DNA of 64,000 bases from a virus (IMGVR_UViG_3300023174_000056:104145-168144), one strand, 5' to 3'; positions 42,590 to 50,383 are shown, counted from the first letter of the stretch. Notes: generated by a model from the letters alone, not told the origin. Made by a program: numbers and translations.

Positions 42590-42609
42590 AATTTTACCCT
42601 CTACAGAAG

Positions 42610-42638
42610 ATTATAAGGGAAAATTATTTGCTTGTCAA
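42610..42638 (-). promoter_or_regulatory. perfect sigma70 promoter upstream of Cas4-like gene and sugar operon
   Basis: TTGACA(42638-42633), 17 nt, TATAAT(42615-42610). Confidence 0.85.
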
Positions 42639-43304
42639 GAGAAGAATTTTTTTATATAATTTTGGCGATATTTTCTCAAGATACTGTGAGTCTTTTAAGA
42701 AGTAGTGTTCAAAGCCATTAGCAAAATATTCTCTTAAAGACGTAGCGCCATAAGGTGAAATAAATATACCAACACAAAGTTGATTTAATAAATCATATCC
42801 AACGTCTTGGTATAAAAACTTGTCAAACTCAGGGCTAAACTCTTGTCTTAAAAATATCGCTGTATCTTTGATCGATACATTGTTTGTTTTTAACACTTCT
42901 CTTAGTTTTTTTCTTTTACTTATGAACTCTACTGCGACTGTATCATCGCCATAAATAAAATCTCCATAAGTTAATTCGACAGAATGTGCTAATTCATGTA
43001 TTATTGAAGCAAAAAGTTCTTCTTCGCTTTCAATGCGGTTTGTTATATAAATCGCTCCACGAAAATAAACTGATTCGACTTCTCGCACCTTTAACTCTGG
43101 AAATTCTCCAACATAAATCCAATCTAATTCTTTAAACAAACGCCTTGGAATTGTTTTTTCAATTCTTTTTTTAACATTATCTATATTTATCGCTTCTGGT
43201 AATTTGTCCTGCACAAGCAACAAAGTATTACCATGTATGAAATACTCTTTTTTAAGTTCTTTAGATTTTTTATGTGATTTAATCACTGTGCTTATGTCTG
43301 CCAT
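42624..43304 (-). CDS. zincin-like metallopeptidase
   Basis: HEXXH (HELAH) plus downstream 'REYFA'. Confidence 0.6.
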   Translation of the reverse strand: MADISTVIKSHKKSKELKKEYFIHGNTLLLVQDKLPEAINIDNVKKRIEKTIPRRLFKELDWIYVGEFPELKVREVESVYFRGAIYITNRIESEEELFASIIHELAHSVELTYGDFIYGDDTVAVEFISKRKKLREVLKTNNVSIKDTAIFLRQEFSPEFDKFLYQDVGYDLLNQLCVGIFISPYGATSLREYFANGFEHYFLKDSQYLEKISPKLYKKILLLTSK

Positions 43305-43307
43305 TTT

Positions 43308-44618
43308 TTATAATACTTGTGCTGCCAAAGTTGCAACTGCTGAACGCTCGCCCTTTTGCAAGGAAATATGACCAGCTAATTCAAATGGTTTAAACTTTTC
43401 TACTGCGTAAGTTAGGCCGTTGTTTGTTGCGTCTAGAAATGCACTATCAATTTGTTCAATATCGCCAGTCAATACAATTTTTGTGTCTTCACCGACTCTT
43501 GTAATTATAGTTTTTAACTCATGCATGGTTAAATTTTGCGCTTCGTCTATGATTATAAATGCTTTTGAGATTGAACGTCCACGGATAAATGTAAGAGCCT
43601 CAATTTCAATTGTGCCTTGCTCTTGTAGCATCTTCATATGCTCTTTATCATCACCCATTAAAAATTCTAGATTGTCTTGGATTGGAGCAATCCAAGGCAT
43701 CATTTTTTCTTCTAGAGTGCCAGGAAGAAAACCAATATCTCTACCCATCGGTTGGACTGGGCGGCTTACGATTAGTTTCTTATAGGTGCCGTCGTCAAGA
43801 ATTTGCTTCAGACCAGCCGCCAATGCAATGAGAGTTTTCCCACATCCAGCCTTGCCAACTAGTGAAACGATCTTAACATCTTGATCCATAAGCAAATCTA
43901 GAGCAAATTGCTGTTCTTTATTTTTGGCTCTTACGTCCCAAATGCCTTCTTTATAATCACGAACTTTTGATAATGGATGATTATAGTTCTTAAACTTAGC
44001 AAGTGCAGTCTTTTTTTCATTTGCATTTGAAACAAGCATTACATACTGATTTGGAAATAATTTAATGTCCTTTTCTTCAAGAAACATTTTTTCTCCACCA
44101 TAAAAACGATCTATCATCGCATCATCAACTAAATGATGGATAAAACCAGTATAAACTTCTTCTGCTTTTTCAACAATTTGGTTGGTTGTATAGTCTTCCG
44201 CTTTGATACCAAGAGCATCCGCCTTGACACGAACATTAATATCTTGTGATACAAGAATTACTGTATCTTGAAGATTATTAGAAGCACAATTTAATACAGT
44301 AGCAAGGATTTGATTATCTGGGTCTTCCATGCTCATATCTGCTGGTAGCATGGCATTACCATAACCACGAACAGTCAACACTCCCTTGCGGCCACCAAGT
44401 TTTGCACCTTCGACCAAGGAACCCTTTTCTCTTAGTTTATCTAGTTCACGGATAACTTGTCGAGCGTTCGCTCCTACTCCGTCTTGACGTTTTTTATGCT
44501 TATCAATCTCCTCTAAGACTTTTAGAGGAATCACAAGATCGTTTGCTTTAAAAGCATAAAGTGCGTTAAAATCGCTAAGTAGAACATTTGTATCTAGAAC
44601 ATAGATTTTTTTTGACAT
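43308..44618 (-). CDS. phoH: PIN-domain PhoH family ATPase
   Basis: PIN 'VLDTNVL', Walker A 'GKAGCGKT', 'IGFLPG', 'RGRS', 'DEAQN', 'GDIEQID'. Confidence 0.93.
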   Translation of the reverse strand: MSKKIYVLDTNVLLSDFNALYAFKANDLVIPLKVLEEIDKHKKRQDGVGANARQVIRELDKLREKGSLVEGAKLGGRKGVLTVRGYGNAMLPADMSMEDPDNQILATVLNCASNNLQDTVILVSQDINVRVKADALGIKAEDYTTNQIVEKAEEVYTGFIHHLVDDAMIDRFYGGEKMFLEEKDIKLFPNQYVMLVSNANEKKTALAKFKNYNHPLSKVRDYKEGIWDVRAKNKEQQFALDLLMDQDVKIVSLVGKAGCGKTLIALAAGLKQILDDGTYKKLIVSRPVQPMGRDIGFLPGTLEEKMMPWIAPIQDNLEFLMGDDKEHMKMLQEQGTIEIEALTFIRGRSISKAFIIIDEAQNLTMHELKTIITRVGEDTKIVLTGDIEQIDSAFLDATNNGLTYAVEKFKPFELAGHISLQKGERSAVATLAAQVL

Positions 44619-45898
44619 TAAGTTGTGTCCCCAATATGATTTACGTAATCATATACTGTAATAGATTTTAACTTATTTTTTAATTCTTGTGAAACATTTA
44701 AGTCATCTATTTTTAGCCCTTGCCGTTCCATGCCCTTAATTAGTTCGTAGCCATCTTTAATATTTTCTTTCTTTAAGAGAATTTGATAAGCTTCAGCTAG
44801 AAGCCCCGTGTTGGAAAGATCCCTATCAACTGCCGTCTGGTTAATGGAAAGCGTTTCTAGACCCGCTAGCGTCGATTTATAGGCCACTACTGAATGTCCC
44901 AGAGCGACACCAATGTTACGCATTACTGTTGAGTCTGTAAGGTCACGTTGCATTCTTGAAATTTGTAACTTATCTGACATAAAAGACAGCAAACAGTTTG
45001 CCAATTCAAGATTGCCTTCTGCATTCTCAAAATGAATTGGATTCACTTTTTGAGGCATTGTAGAAGAACCAACTTCATCAGCAGTTACAGTTTGTTTGAA
45101 ATAACCATAAGAATTATACATCCAGATATCACGGCAAAGATCAATTAAAATGTTATTGATCATGCGAATACGATCAAAATATTCGCTGATACATTTGTTA
45201 TTTGCAACTTGTGTTGTGTATGATTCTGGGTCTATATCGTATTTACGAAGAAACAGATCGGCAAAATTTAGCCAATCATGGTCTGGATAAGCAATATAGT
45301 GTGCTGAGAGATTACCTACTGCTCCACCGAACTTAGCCTCAAACGGATGATCCTTTGTTTCCGACCAGACTTCTTGTAAGCGAGACATATAGACATACAT
45401 CTCTTTATCAAAGAGAGTTGGAACTGCAAGTTGTCCATGTGTTCTAGCGGGGAACACACAAGCATTTTTCTCTGCAAATGTGACAATAGAATTAATTAAA
45501 TCAGTCATATAGTACGACATTTCGCTTTGATTAAAGCGATCAAGCATCGTACTGGTTGCAAGACTGTTAATGTCTTGGCTGGTCAAGCCAAAATGAATCA
45601 TGTGATCGTGTGGGATATTAAAATGTTTGAATCTTTCACGAAGATAATATTCAATCGCTTTAATATCGTGACGAGTTTTTTCTTCAATAACTTTAATATG
45701 TACTGGTTGGATATCATCCCAAATATGTGTGATCCAAAAACGGTCTGTGTCGTTTAGCGGTAGCTTTAATTCTTCACAAAGAGCAACAAAATAATCAAGT
45801 TCAATACGTGCTTTTAATTTAAGCATCGCATCTTCGCTAAAGTAATCATTCAGTTCACGAACTTTTTGGAAGTACCGATCATCAAGCGGAGATAACAT
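44618..45898 (-). CDS. purB: adenylosuccinate lyase
   Basis: 'SPLDDRY', 'HDIKAIEY', 'HFGLTSQDIN', 'ARTHGQ', 'GSSTMPQKVNPIHFENAEGN', 'SRMQRDLTDS'. Confidence 0.95.
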   Translation of the reverse strand: MLSPLDDRYFQKVRELNDYFSEDAMLKLKARIELDYFVALCEELKLPLNDTDRFWITHIWDDIQPVHIKVIEEKTRHDIKAIEYYLRERFKHFNIPHDHMIHFGLTSQDINSLATSTMLDRFNQSEMSYYMTDLINSIVTFAEKNACVFPARTHGQLAVPTLFDKEMYVYMSRLQEVWSETKDHPFEAKFGGAVGNLSAHYIAYPDHDWLNFADLFLRKYDIDPESYTTQVANNKCISEYFDRIRMINNILIDLCRDIWMYNSYGYFKQTVTADEVGSSTMPQKVNPIHFENAEGNLELANCLLSFMSDKLQISRMQRDLTDSTVMRNIGVALGHSVVAYKSTLAGLETLSINQTAVDRDLSNTGLLAEAYQILLKKENIKDGYELIKGMERQGLKIDDLNVSQELKNKLKSITVYDYVNHIGDTT

Positions 45899-46065
45899 TA
45901 TTCACCCCAATATTCTTCTTGCATATCAGTTCCAACTTCGCTCCAATGCATATACATTTCAAACCACTCTGGAAATGATTTTGTTTCTACTCCAAGATTT
46001 TTCATGTTTTGTATAAACGTTGGGAGTGATGTTTTAATTTGTTCTTCAAATTCTTTAAGCGTCAT
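45898..46065 (-). CDS. hypothetical protein (55 aa)
   Basis: MTLKEFEEQIK...EEYWGE; stop overlaps the purB start. Confidence 0.6.
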   Translation of the reverse strand: MTLKEFEEQIKTSLPTFIQNMKNLGVETKSFPEWFEMYMHWSEVGTDMQEEYWGE

Positions 46066-46069
46066 TTAT

Positions 46070-46762
46070 TTACTCATTTTCTTTATAAAATCTATTTTTA
46101 GATAGGTTTTCTTCTGCTAACAACGGTTGAAGATTTTTATAGTTAAAGCATTCTAGCCTTTGCTCTTTAATAGTCATATCAAATAAGCAACAAGGTTTTA
46201 TATGGTCTACATGCCATTTAGTACCATAGTTATCCCAAGACATATCAGAAGAAAATTTAGATTCTAAATATTTTTTTAGTTCTTCAATAGAACAACCAAT
46301 AAGTTCTTGAAAGTTTTCTTTTTTGTTTCCATTCTTTAAAGCGTGCCAAATTCTACTTCTTAAGTTTTGTTGCAGCCGAAGATTTATATTATTTTTCTTT
46401 TTATTAATAAGCTTTTGATTAATACGTTTTTTATTGGCTTGATAATATTTTTTCTTAGACTCTTTTAATTTTTCTTTATTTTCTTCTCTATATTTGCGAG
46501 AGCGTTCTTTTTCTTTAGATAAAAATTTTTCATCTTCTTTTCTTCTTTGTTTTCTCTCAGAAGAAATTTTATCTTTATTTTTAAGATATCTTTCTTTATT
46601 AGATTTATTATATTTTTGTTTATTTAAAGAATAATTTTTATTATCAGATTTTTTTTTACAATCTTTGCAATATGAAGACAGACCATCAGAAGTATTTTTA
46701 TTTTTATGAAAATTTTCTATAGACTTCTCAGTTAAACAGTGACCACATTTTTTTTGTTCCAT
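46070..46762 (-). CDS. HNH-type homing endonuclease
   Basis: N-terminal CxxC...CxxC, Lys-rich linker, 'WHVDHIKP...NLQPL.AEEN.SK'. Confidence 0.82.
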   Translation of the reverse strand: MEQKKCGHCLTEKSIENFHKNKNTSDGLSSYCKDCKKKSDNKNYSLNKQKYNKSNKERYLKNKDKISSERKQRRKEDEKFLSKEKERSRKYREENKEKLKESKKKYYQANKKRINQKLINKKKNNINLRLQQNLRSRIWHALKNGNKKENFQELIGCSIEELKKYLESKFSSDMSWDNYGTKWHVDHIKPCCLFDMTIKEQRLECFNYKNLQPLLAEENLSKNRFYKENE

Positions 46763-46794
46763 AATAATATATAGTCTATTCCGAAAAAATGTTC

Positions 46795-47349
46795 CTAAAA
46801 ATTTAAATTATTATTGGTATATTTAGTGACAAAATCGTTCATTATAATGCTACCAGCAACGGCAGCATTTAAAGAGCGTACAGAGCCATACTGCTGAATA
46901 AACACAAATCTATCACAAATTTCTATCGCTTCTTGTGTAAGTCCGACGCCTTCTTCGCCAAGAAGAAAAAGGACAGGCTTAGTATATTCAATCCTATCCA
47001 AACGGATAGCACCAGCAATAGTATTTTCAACACCAACAATTTCGTATTTTTCCTTCAACTCTAAAAGTTGTTCGTGTTTTTTTAGATGTATTACATCCGT
47101 ATAATGGTGTGTGCCAACTGTGCCTCTACGGTCATAGTGTTTATTGCCAATGTAATAAACTTCTTTCGCATTAAAACCATTTGCTGATCTTATCACAGAT
47201 GATAAATTAAAATCACCAAGAAGATTCTCCATCGCAACTGCGTAAGGAAAGGCTTTAGACTGGAGATCTTTTTTAATTAATTCTGTTGTCCACTTAGTCA
47301 AACGATCATACTTGTACTTGTCTGAAATGTTACGGTTGTCTGTGTCCAT
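46795..47349 (-). CDS. SpoU/TrmH family RNA 2'-O-methyltransferase
   Basis: 'FNLSSVIRSA', 'LGEEGVGL', 'SLNAAVAGSI' SPOUT motifs. Confidence 0.9.
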   Translation of the reverse strand: MDTDNRNISDKYKYDRLTKWTTELIKKDLQSKAFPYAVAMENLLGDFNLSSVIRSANGFNAKEVYYIGNKHYDRRGTVGTHHYTDVIHLKKHEQLLELKEKYEIVGVENTIAGAIRLDRIEYTKPVLFLLGEEGVGLTQEAIEICDRFVFIQQYGSVRSLNAAVAGSIIMNDFVTKYTNNNLNF

Positions 47350-47355
47350 GCACCT

Positions 47356-47384
47356 ACTATATCATCACAAATATCTGGTGTCAA
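47356..47384 (-). promoter_or_regulatory. sigma70 promoter for SpoU gene
   Basis: TTGACA, 17 nt, TATAGT with TGn extension. Confidence 0.7.
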
Positions 47385-47649
47385 CAGAGCCTTGCGGGCC
47401 TTCTTCAAAAAAAGGTTTCAAACAATTAAATAATTCTTCTTTAGACGAATCTCCAACGCATAACCAGCCAGCAGCAAACGTCTCTGAATACAATTCCCAC
47501 AGTTCAGCACATTGTTCTGCCGTGGCATAAAATCCTCTATCAAATAGGGCGTCTTGAATTTTGCTTATATCACTTTTAAATTGTAAATGAAAATTTTCTT
47601 TTTTAACTTTAATTGTCCTCAGTGCCATGAGCTTTTTCATTCCTTTCAA
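47365..47649 (-). CDS. hypothetical protein
   Basis: ORF in operon; start uncertain. Confidence 0.55.
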   Translation of the reverse strand: MKGMKKLMALRTIKVKKENFHLQFKSDISKIQDALFDRGFYATAEQCAELWELYSETFAAGWLCVGDSSKEELFNCLKPFFEEGPQGSVDTRYL

Positions 47650-47869
47650 TTTGAGCTTTGTAAAATTTTATAGAAGATTCAATTGCTTCGTTCATAAATT
47701 TATTAAATCTTTTTTGCGACCAACGCTTTAAATTATGATAGTCTTTAAAGCCTTGTTTAAATTCATCATCAGCTTCAAAAACTATTTGAGCGGACCCGTC
47801 TGGGTTATCAATTATTTCTTTTACTTTTAGTAATCCTCCAAATAATTTAGTTTGGTTTGCTGTTTCCAT
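47609..47869 (-). CDS. hypothetical protein
   Basis: ORF in operon. Confidence 0.6.
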   Translation of the reverse strand: METANQTKLFGGLLKVKEIIDNPDGSAQIVFEADDEFKQGFKDYHNLKRWSQKRFNKFMNEAIESSIKFYKAQIERNEKAHGTEDN

Positions 47870-48032
47870 TTTTTACAACTTTTCCTATTATTTCTATCAA
47901 TACTTCACCAATTTTATTAGCTGCTTCAATATCTTCAGCGGACCAATCACACTCATTACATAAGAAAAAAGCTTCGTCTACAATTTTTCTTTCGTAGACG
48001 AAGCCTTGTTTTTGGCAGCTTTCACATTTCAT
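47847..48032 (-). CDS. small zinc-finger-like hypothetical protein
   Basis: CxxC...CxxC. Confidence 0.55.
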   Translation of the reverse strand: MKCESCQKQGFVYERKIVDEAFFLCNECDWSAEDIEAANKIGEVLIEIIGKVVKNGNSKPN

Positions 48033-48099
48033 TTTGCTACCTATTTTGTTGGTGGAGAATACTTTATTTGGTGCGAATCAAGTAGTCTACACTATTTAG

Positions 48100-48177
48100 T
48101 GGTGGAGCTTCAGGGTACCGCCCCCTGCTGGTTCCTGCTTGCAAAGCAGGCGATCACACTATGCAATCCCAAGCCCC
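48100..48177 (-). tRNA. tRNA-Ala(UGC), non-canonical D/T loops
   Basis: Acceptor GGGGCTT/AAGCTCC with G3:U70, A73, encoded CCA. Anticodon arm CCTGC-TTTGCAA-GCAGG. T arm CAGGG-GGCGGTA-CCCTG. Confidence 0.85.
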
Positions 48178-48191
48178 ACTAAGGAGTATAT

Positions 48192-48746
48192 ATGAAAACT
48201 ATAACACAACCATGCCAGAATTGTAAAGAACTTTTTGAAGCACAATTGCGTGAAGTAAATAGAGGCAATGCAAAATATTGTTCAAAAAAATGTAGTGCCG
48301 AAGGTGTAAAAAATAAACTTTTAGAACGAAACGCAAAAATAAATATTCCAAATACAGAATGTTCTTACTGCAAAAAAATATTTTATAAAAATAATTCTCA
48401 AAAGCAAAATTCTAAAAAAAACTTAAATTTTTGTTGTAGGGAGCACAAAGATCTTGCACAAAGAATAGAATTTGGTTTAAAAGATTTACAGCCATTACAT
48501 TATGGATCTGGCGATTCGCATTACAGAGAGATCGCATTCCGTAGCAAAGAACGTAAATGTGAACGTTGTGAATACAATAAACACCCAGAAGTCCTAGAAG
48601 TTCATCATAAAGACAGAAATAGAGAAAATAATACTATTGAAAATTTATTAGTTCTTTGTCCAACTTGCCACATGGAAGAACATTTTTTAAATAAAGATGG
48701 TAAGTGGAAAACAAAAACGGCAACCCCCGAAGAGATTACCGTCTAA
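48192..48746 (+). CDS. HNH homing endonuclease, inverted, between two tRNAs
   Basis: AAGGAG RBS; repeated Cys motifs; 'LEVHHKDRNRENN..ENL.VLCPTCH..EH'. Confidence 0.85.
   Translation: MKTITQPCQNCKELFEAQLREVNRGNAKYCSKKCSAEGVKNKLLERNAKINIPNTECSYCKKIFYKNNSQKQNSKKNLNFCCREHKDLAQRIEFGLKDLQPLHYGSGDSHYREIAFRSKERKCERCEYNKHPEVLEVHHKDRNRENNTIENLLVLCPTCHMEEHFLNKDGKWKTKTATPEEITV
48707..48742 (-). terminator. rho-independent terminator after tRNA-Gly
   Basis: ACGGTAATCTC-TTCG-GGGGTTGCCGT followed by TTTTGTTTT. Confidence 0.75.
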
Positions 48747-48749
48747 GTT

Positions 48750-48823
48750 TGGAGCAGCTAGTCGGATTCGAACCGACGAAACGAACTTGGAAGGATCGTG
48801 TGTTACCACTACACCATAGCTGC
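48750..48823 (-). tRNA. tRNA-Gly(UCC)
   Basis: GCAGCTA/TAGCTGC acceptor, U73, CCA; anticodon loop CTTCCAA; GTTCGAATC T loop. Confidence 0.95.
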
Positions 48824-48870
48824 AATAAATAGGTTGTTTTTAACGAGAACAACCAAAAACTCTTTTTATT

Positions 48871-49065
48871 TTATTTTACTGGTGAAACTGTTGGTGCTGG
48901 TGTTACCGATTGTAGTACAGCTCCTGCGTCTACAGTTTCTGTGGTTGTAGTAGTTTGTGTCACTGCATCAGTAATTTGAGGATTTACTGGTGTAGGAACC
49001 GCTTCTACTTTTTTACCACAAGCTGTGGTAGTAATTAGGGCTACGACTGCAAATAGTACCTTCAT
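48871..49065 (-). CDS. putative lipoprotein
   Basis: Signal-like N-terminus ending TTAC; Thr/Pro-rich tail; GGAG RBS. Confidence 0.65.
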   Translation of the reverse strand: MKVLFAVVALITTTACGKKVEAVPTPVNPQITDAVTQTTTTTETVDAGAVLQSVTPAPTVSPVK

Positions 49066-49074
49066 TTTATTCTC

Positions 49075-49686
49075 CTATTCAATAATTTTGTCTACAAGAC
49101 CATACTTGAGACAAGTTTTAGCATCAAAATATATATCACGTTTCAAGATATCTTTTAAGGTGTTTTTTGGAATTTTTGTATATTGACCATAAATTTCATA
49201 AATTTTATCCATAAAAACATTGCAATTTTGCATATCATCTTTCATGTCTTCAAATTTACCCCACATACCACCTGATAATTGGTGAATTAGCATAAAAGAA
49301 TTTTTTGTGATACTTCTCTTTGGAGCCACAACACTTATAATAGTTCCAGCGCTGGCAGCACTGCCTTCAACGATAGAATGCACTGGGGCGTTGCTATTAC
49401 GAATTACATCAACAGCAGCAAAACAATCAAGTAGAGAACCGCCTGGACTATTGATGTAAAGTTTAATGTCTGGCGGTGTGGGCCATTCAAAATGATTTTG
49501 AACAAAAATCAATTCTTTGCTTACACTACGCAATTGTTTATTAAGGTTTAAAATTGATTTCTTAGTAACAGAAGAGTAAAAATAGATTGAATTATCTACT
49601 GTTTCAATTTCATTTAAATCTTCATCATCTTCGTCTGCGGACGGTTTTGTGGCTAAATAAAAAGCATTTTTTGGTAATTTAGTCAT
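49075..49686 (-). CDS. clpP: ClpP-like serine protease
   Basis: 'YINSPGGS', 'AASAG' (Ser), 'MLIHQ' (His), 'RDIYF' (Asp), 'YGLVD'. Confidence 0.88.
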   Translation of the reverse strand: MTKLPKNAFYLATKPSADEDDEDLNEIETVDNSIYFYSSVTKKSILNLNKQLRSVSKELIFVQNHFEWPTPPDIKLYINSPGGSLLDCFAAVDVIRNSNAPVHSIVEGSAASAGTIISVVAPKRSITKNSFMLIHQLSGGMWGKFEDMKDDMQNCNVFMDKIYEIYGQYTKIPKNTLKDILKRDIYFDAKTCLKYGLVDKIIE

Positions 49687-49700
49687 GGCAAGGCTCCAAT

Positions 49701-49988
49701 CTATGCCTTCATCTTACCCTTCTTATTTTTGCTTGTCAAGAGCTTTTCTTCAATTTCCTCAAGAGCAGCTTTTAATGATGGATCTACACGGCTTTTTACA
49801 ACATACTGTTGACCACCTACACCTGATCGCTTAATTTTAACTTGATAAGTACCAGTCTTGTCTTGCGCTTTTACAGACTTCCGAAACGTATCCGCTTCTT
49901 CAAACGAAGCAAAATAACGTTCATTTTTCCAAGGCTCACCTTGAACTTGCTTTGTTGTCTCTTCCATTTTCCTACCCTCCTTCGTCAT
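49701..49988 (-). CDS. hypothetical protein
   Basis: ORF with GGAGGG RBS before the internal MEETTK start. Confidence 0.65.
   Translation of the reverse strand: MTKEGRKMEETTKQVQGEPWKNERYFASFEEADTFRKSVKAQDKTGTYQVKIKRSGVGGQQYVVKSRVDPSLKAALEEIEEKLLTSKNKKGKMKA
49711..49739 (-). promoter_or_regulatory. sigma70-like promoter for clpP, inside upstream gene end
   Basis: TTGACA, 17 nt, TAAGAT. Confidence 0.6.
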
Positions 49989-50007
49989 TCCAGACGGCTA
50001 TAAGAAC

Positions 50008-50036
50008 ACTCTATCAGACCTAAAATTTCTTGTAAA
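50008..50036 (-). promoter_or_regulatory. sigma70-like promoter
   Basis: TTTACA, 17 nt, TAGAGT. Confidence 0.5.
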
Positions 50037-50374
50037 GAACAAAATAACAGGCGTGTTATTACACTAAAGCGGAATCTCATTGCATCGCAGAATTCACCTT
50101 TTTATCGGTTACTCCACGTCTTCTGGATCTCCACGCCGATACGTTTCTCCTATTCCCTAACCACCCCGACCTATGATAGATTGCGCCTTACCTAATACGA
50201 GGATCTTATGGAGATCGCTCAAATATTACACTTAGTTATTTAAGGGTTTCGTATAATATTATTCGGGCTTTTAGCATAGACGCCTTTTCACAAGATTTCT
50301 ATCTGCACTAGTGGATTTTGCCGCACTCTTTAAAAGATGGCTACCTTTAAGCCAACTTCCCGATTATTTTGTTC
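50037..50374 (-). ncRNA. structured ncRNA containing a split 23S rRNA H43-H44 (L11-binding, GTPase-associated centre) mimic with a 260-nt insert
   Basis: 11-bp closing helix GAACAAAATAA/TTATTTTGTTC. 5' half TCGGGAAGTTGGCTTAAAGGTAGCCATCTTTTAAAGAGT (50363-50325). 3' half GTGTAATAACACGCCTG (50064-50048). Dedicated promoter; no ORF in the track. Confidence 0.8.
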
Positions 50375-50383
50375 GTAGATACA

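Noticed and set aside
48832-48854. Hairpin GGTTGTTT/GAACAACC upstream of tRNA-Gly as a separate RNA
   Set aside because: Short and without other structure; more likely a terminator or processing signal.
50065-50324. Group I intron interrupting the rRNA-like segment
   Set aside because: No recognisable P7/R/S core, and splicing at U|...G| would leave the product one base short of an intact H44.
50048-50363. A true 23S rRNA gene or rRNA contamination
   Set aside because: Only ~56 nt resemble 23S, in two pieces; flanks are phage genes and tmRNA, with no other rRNA helices recognised.
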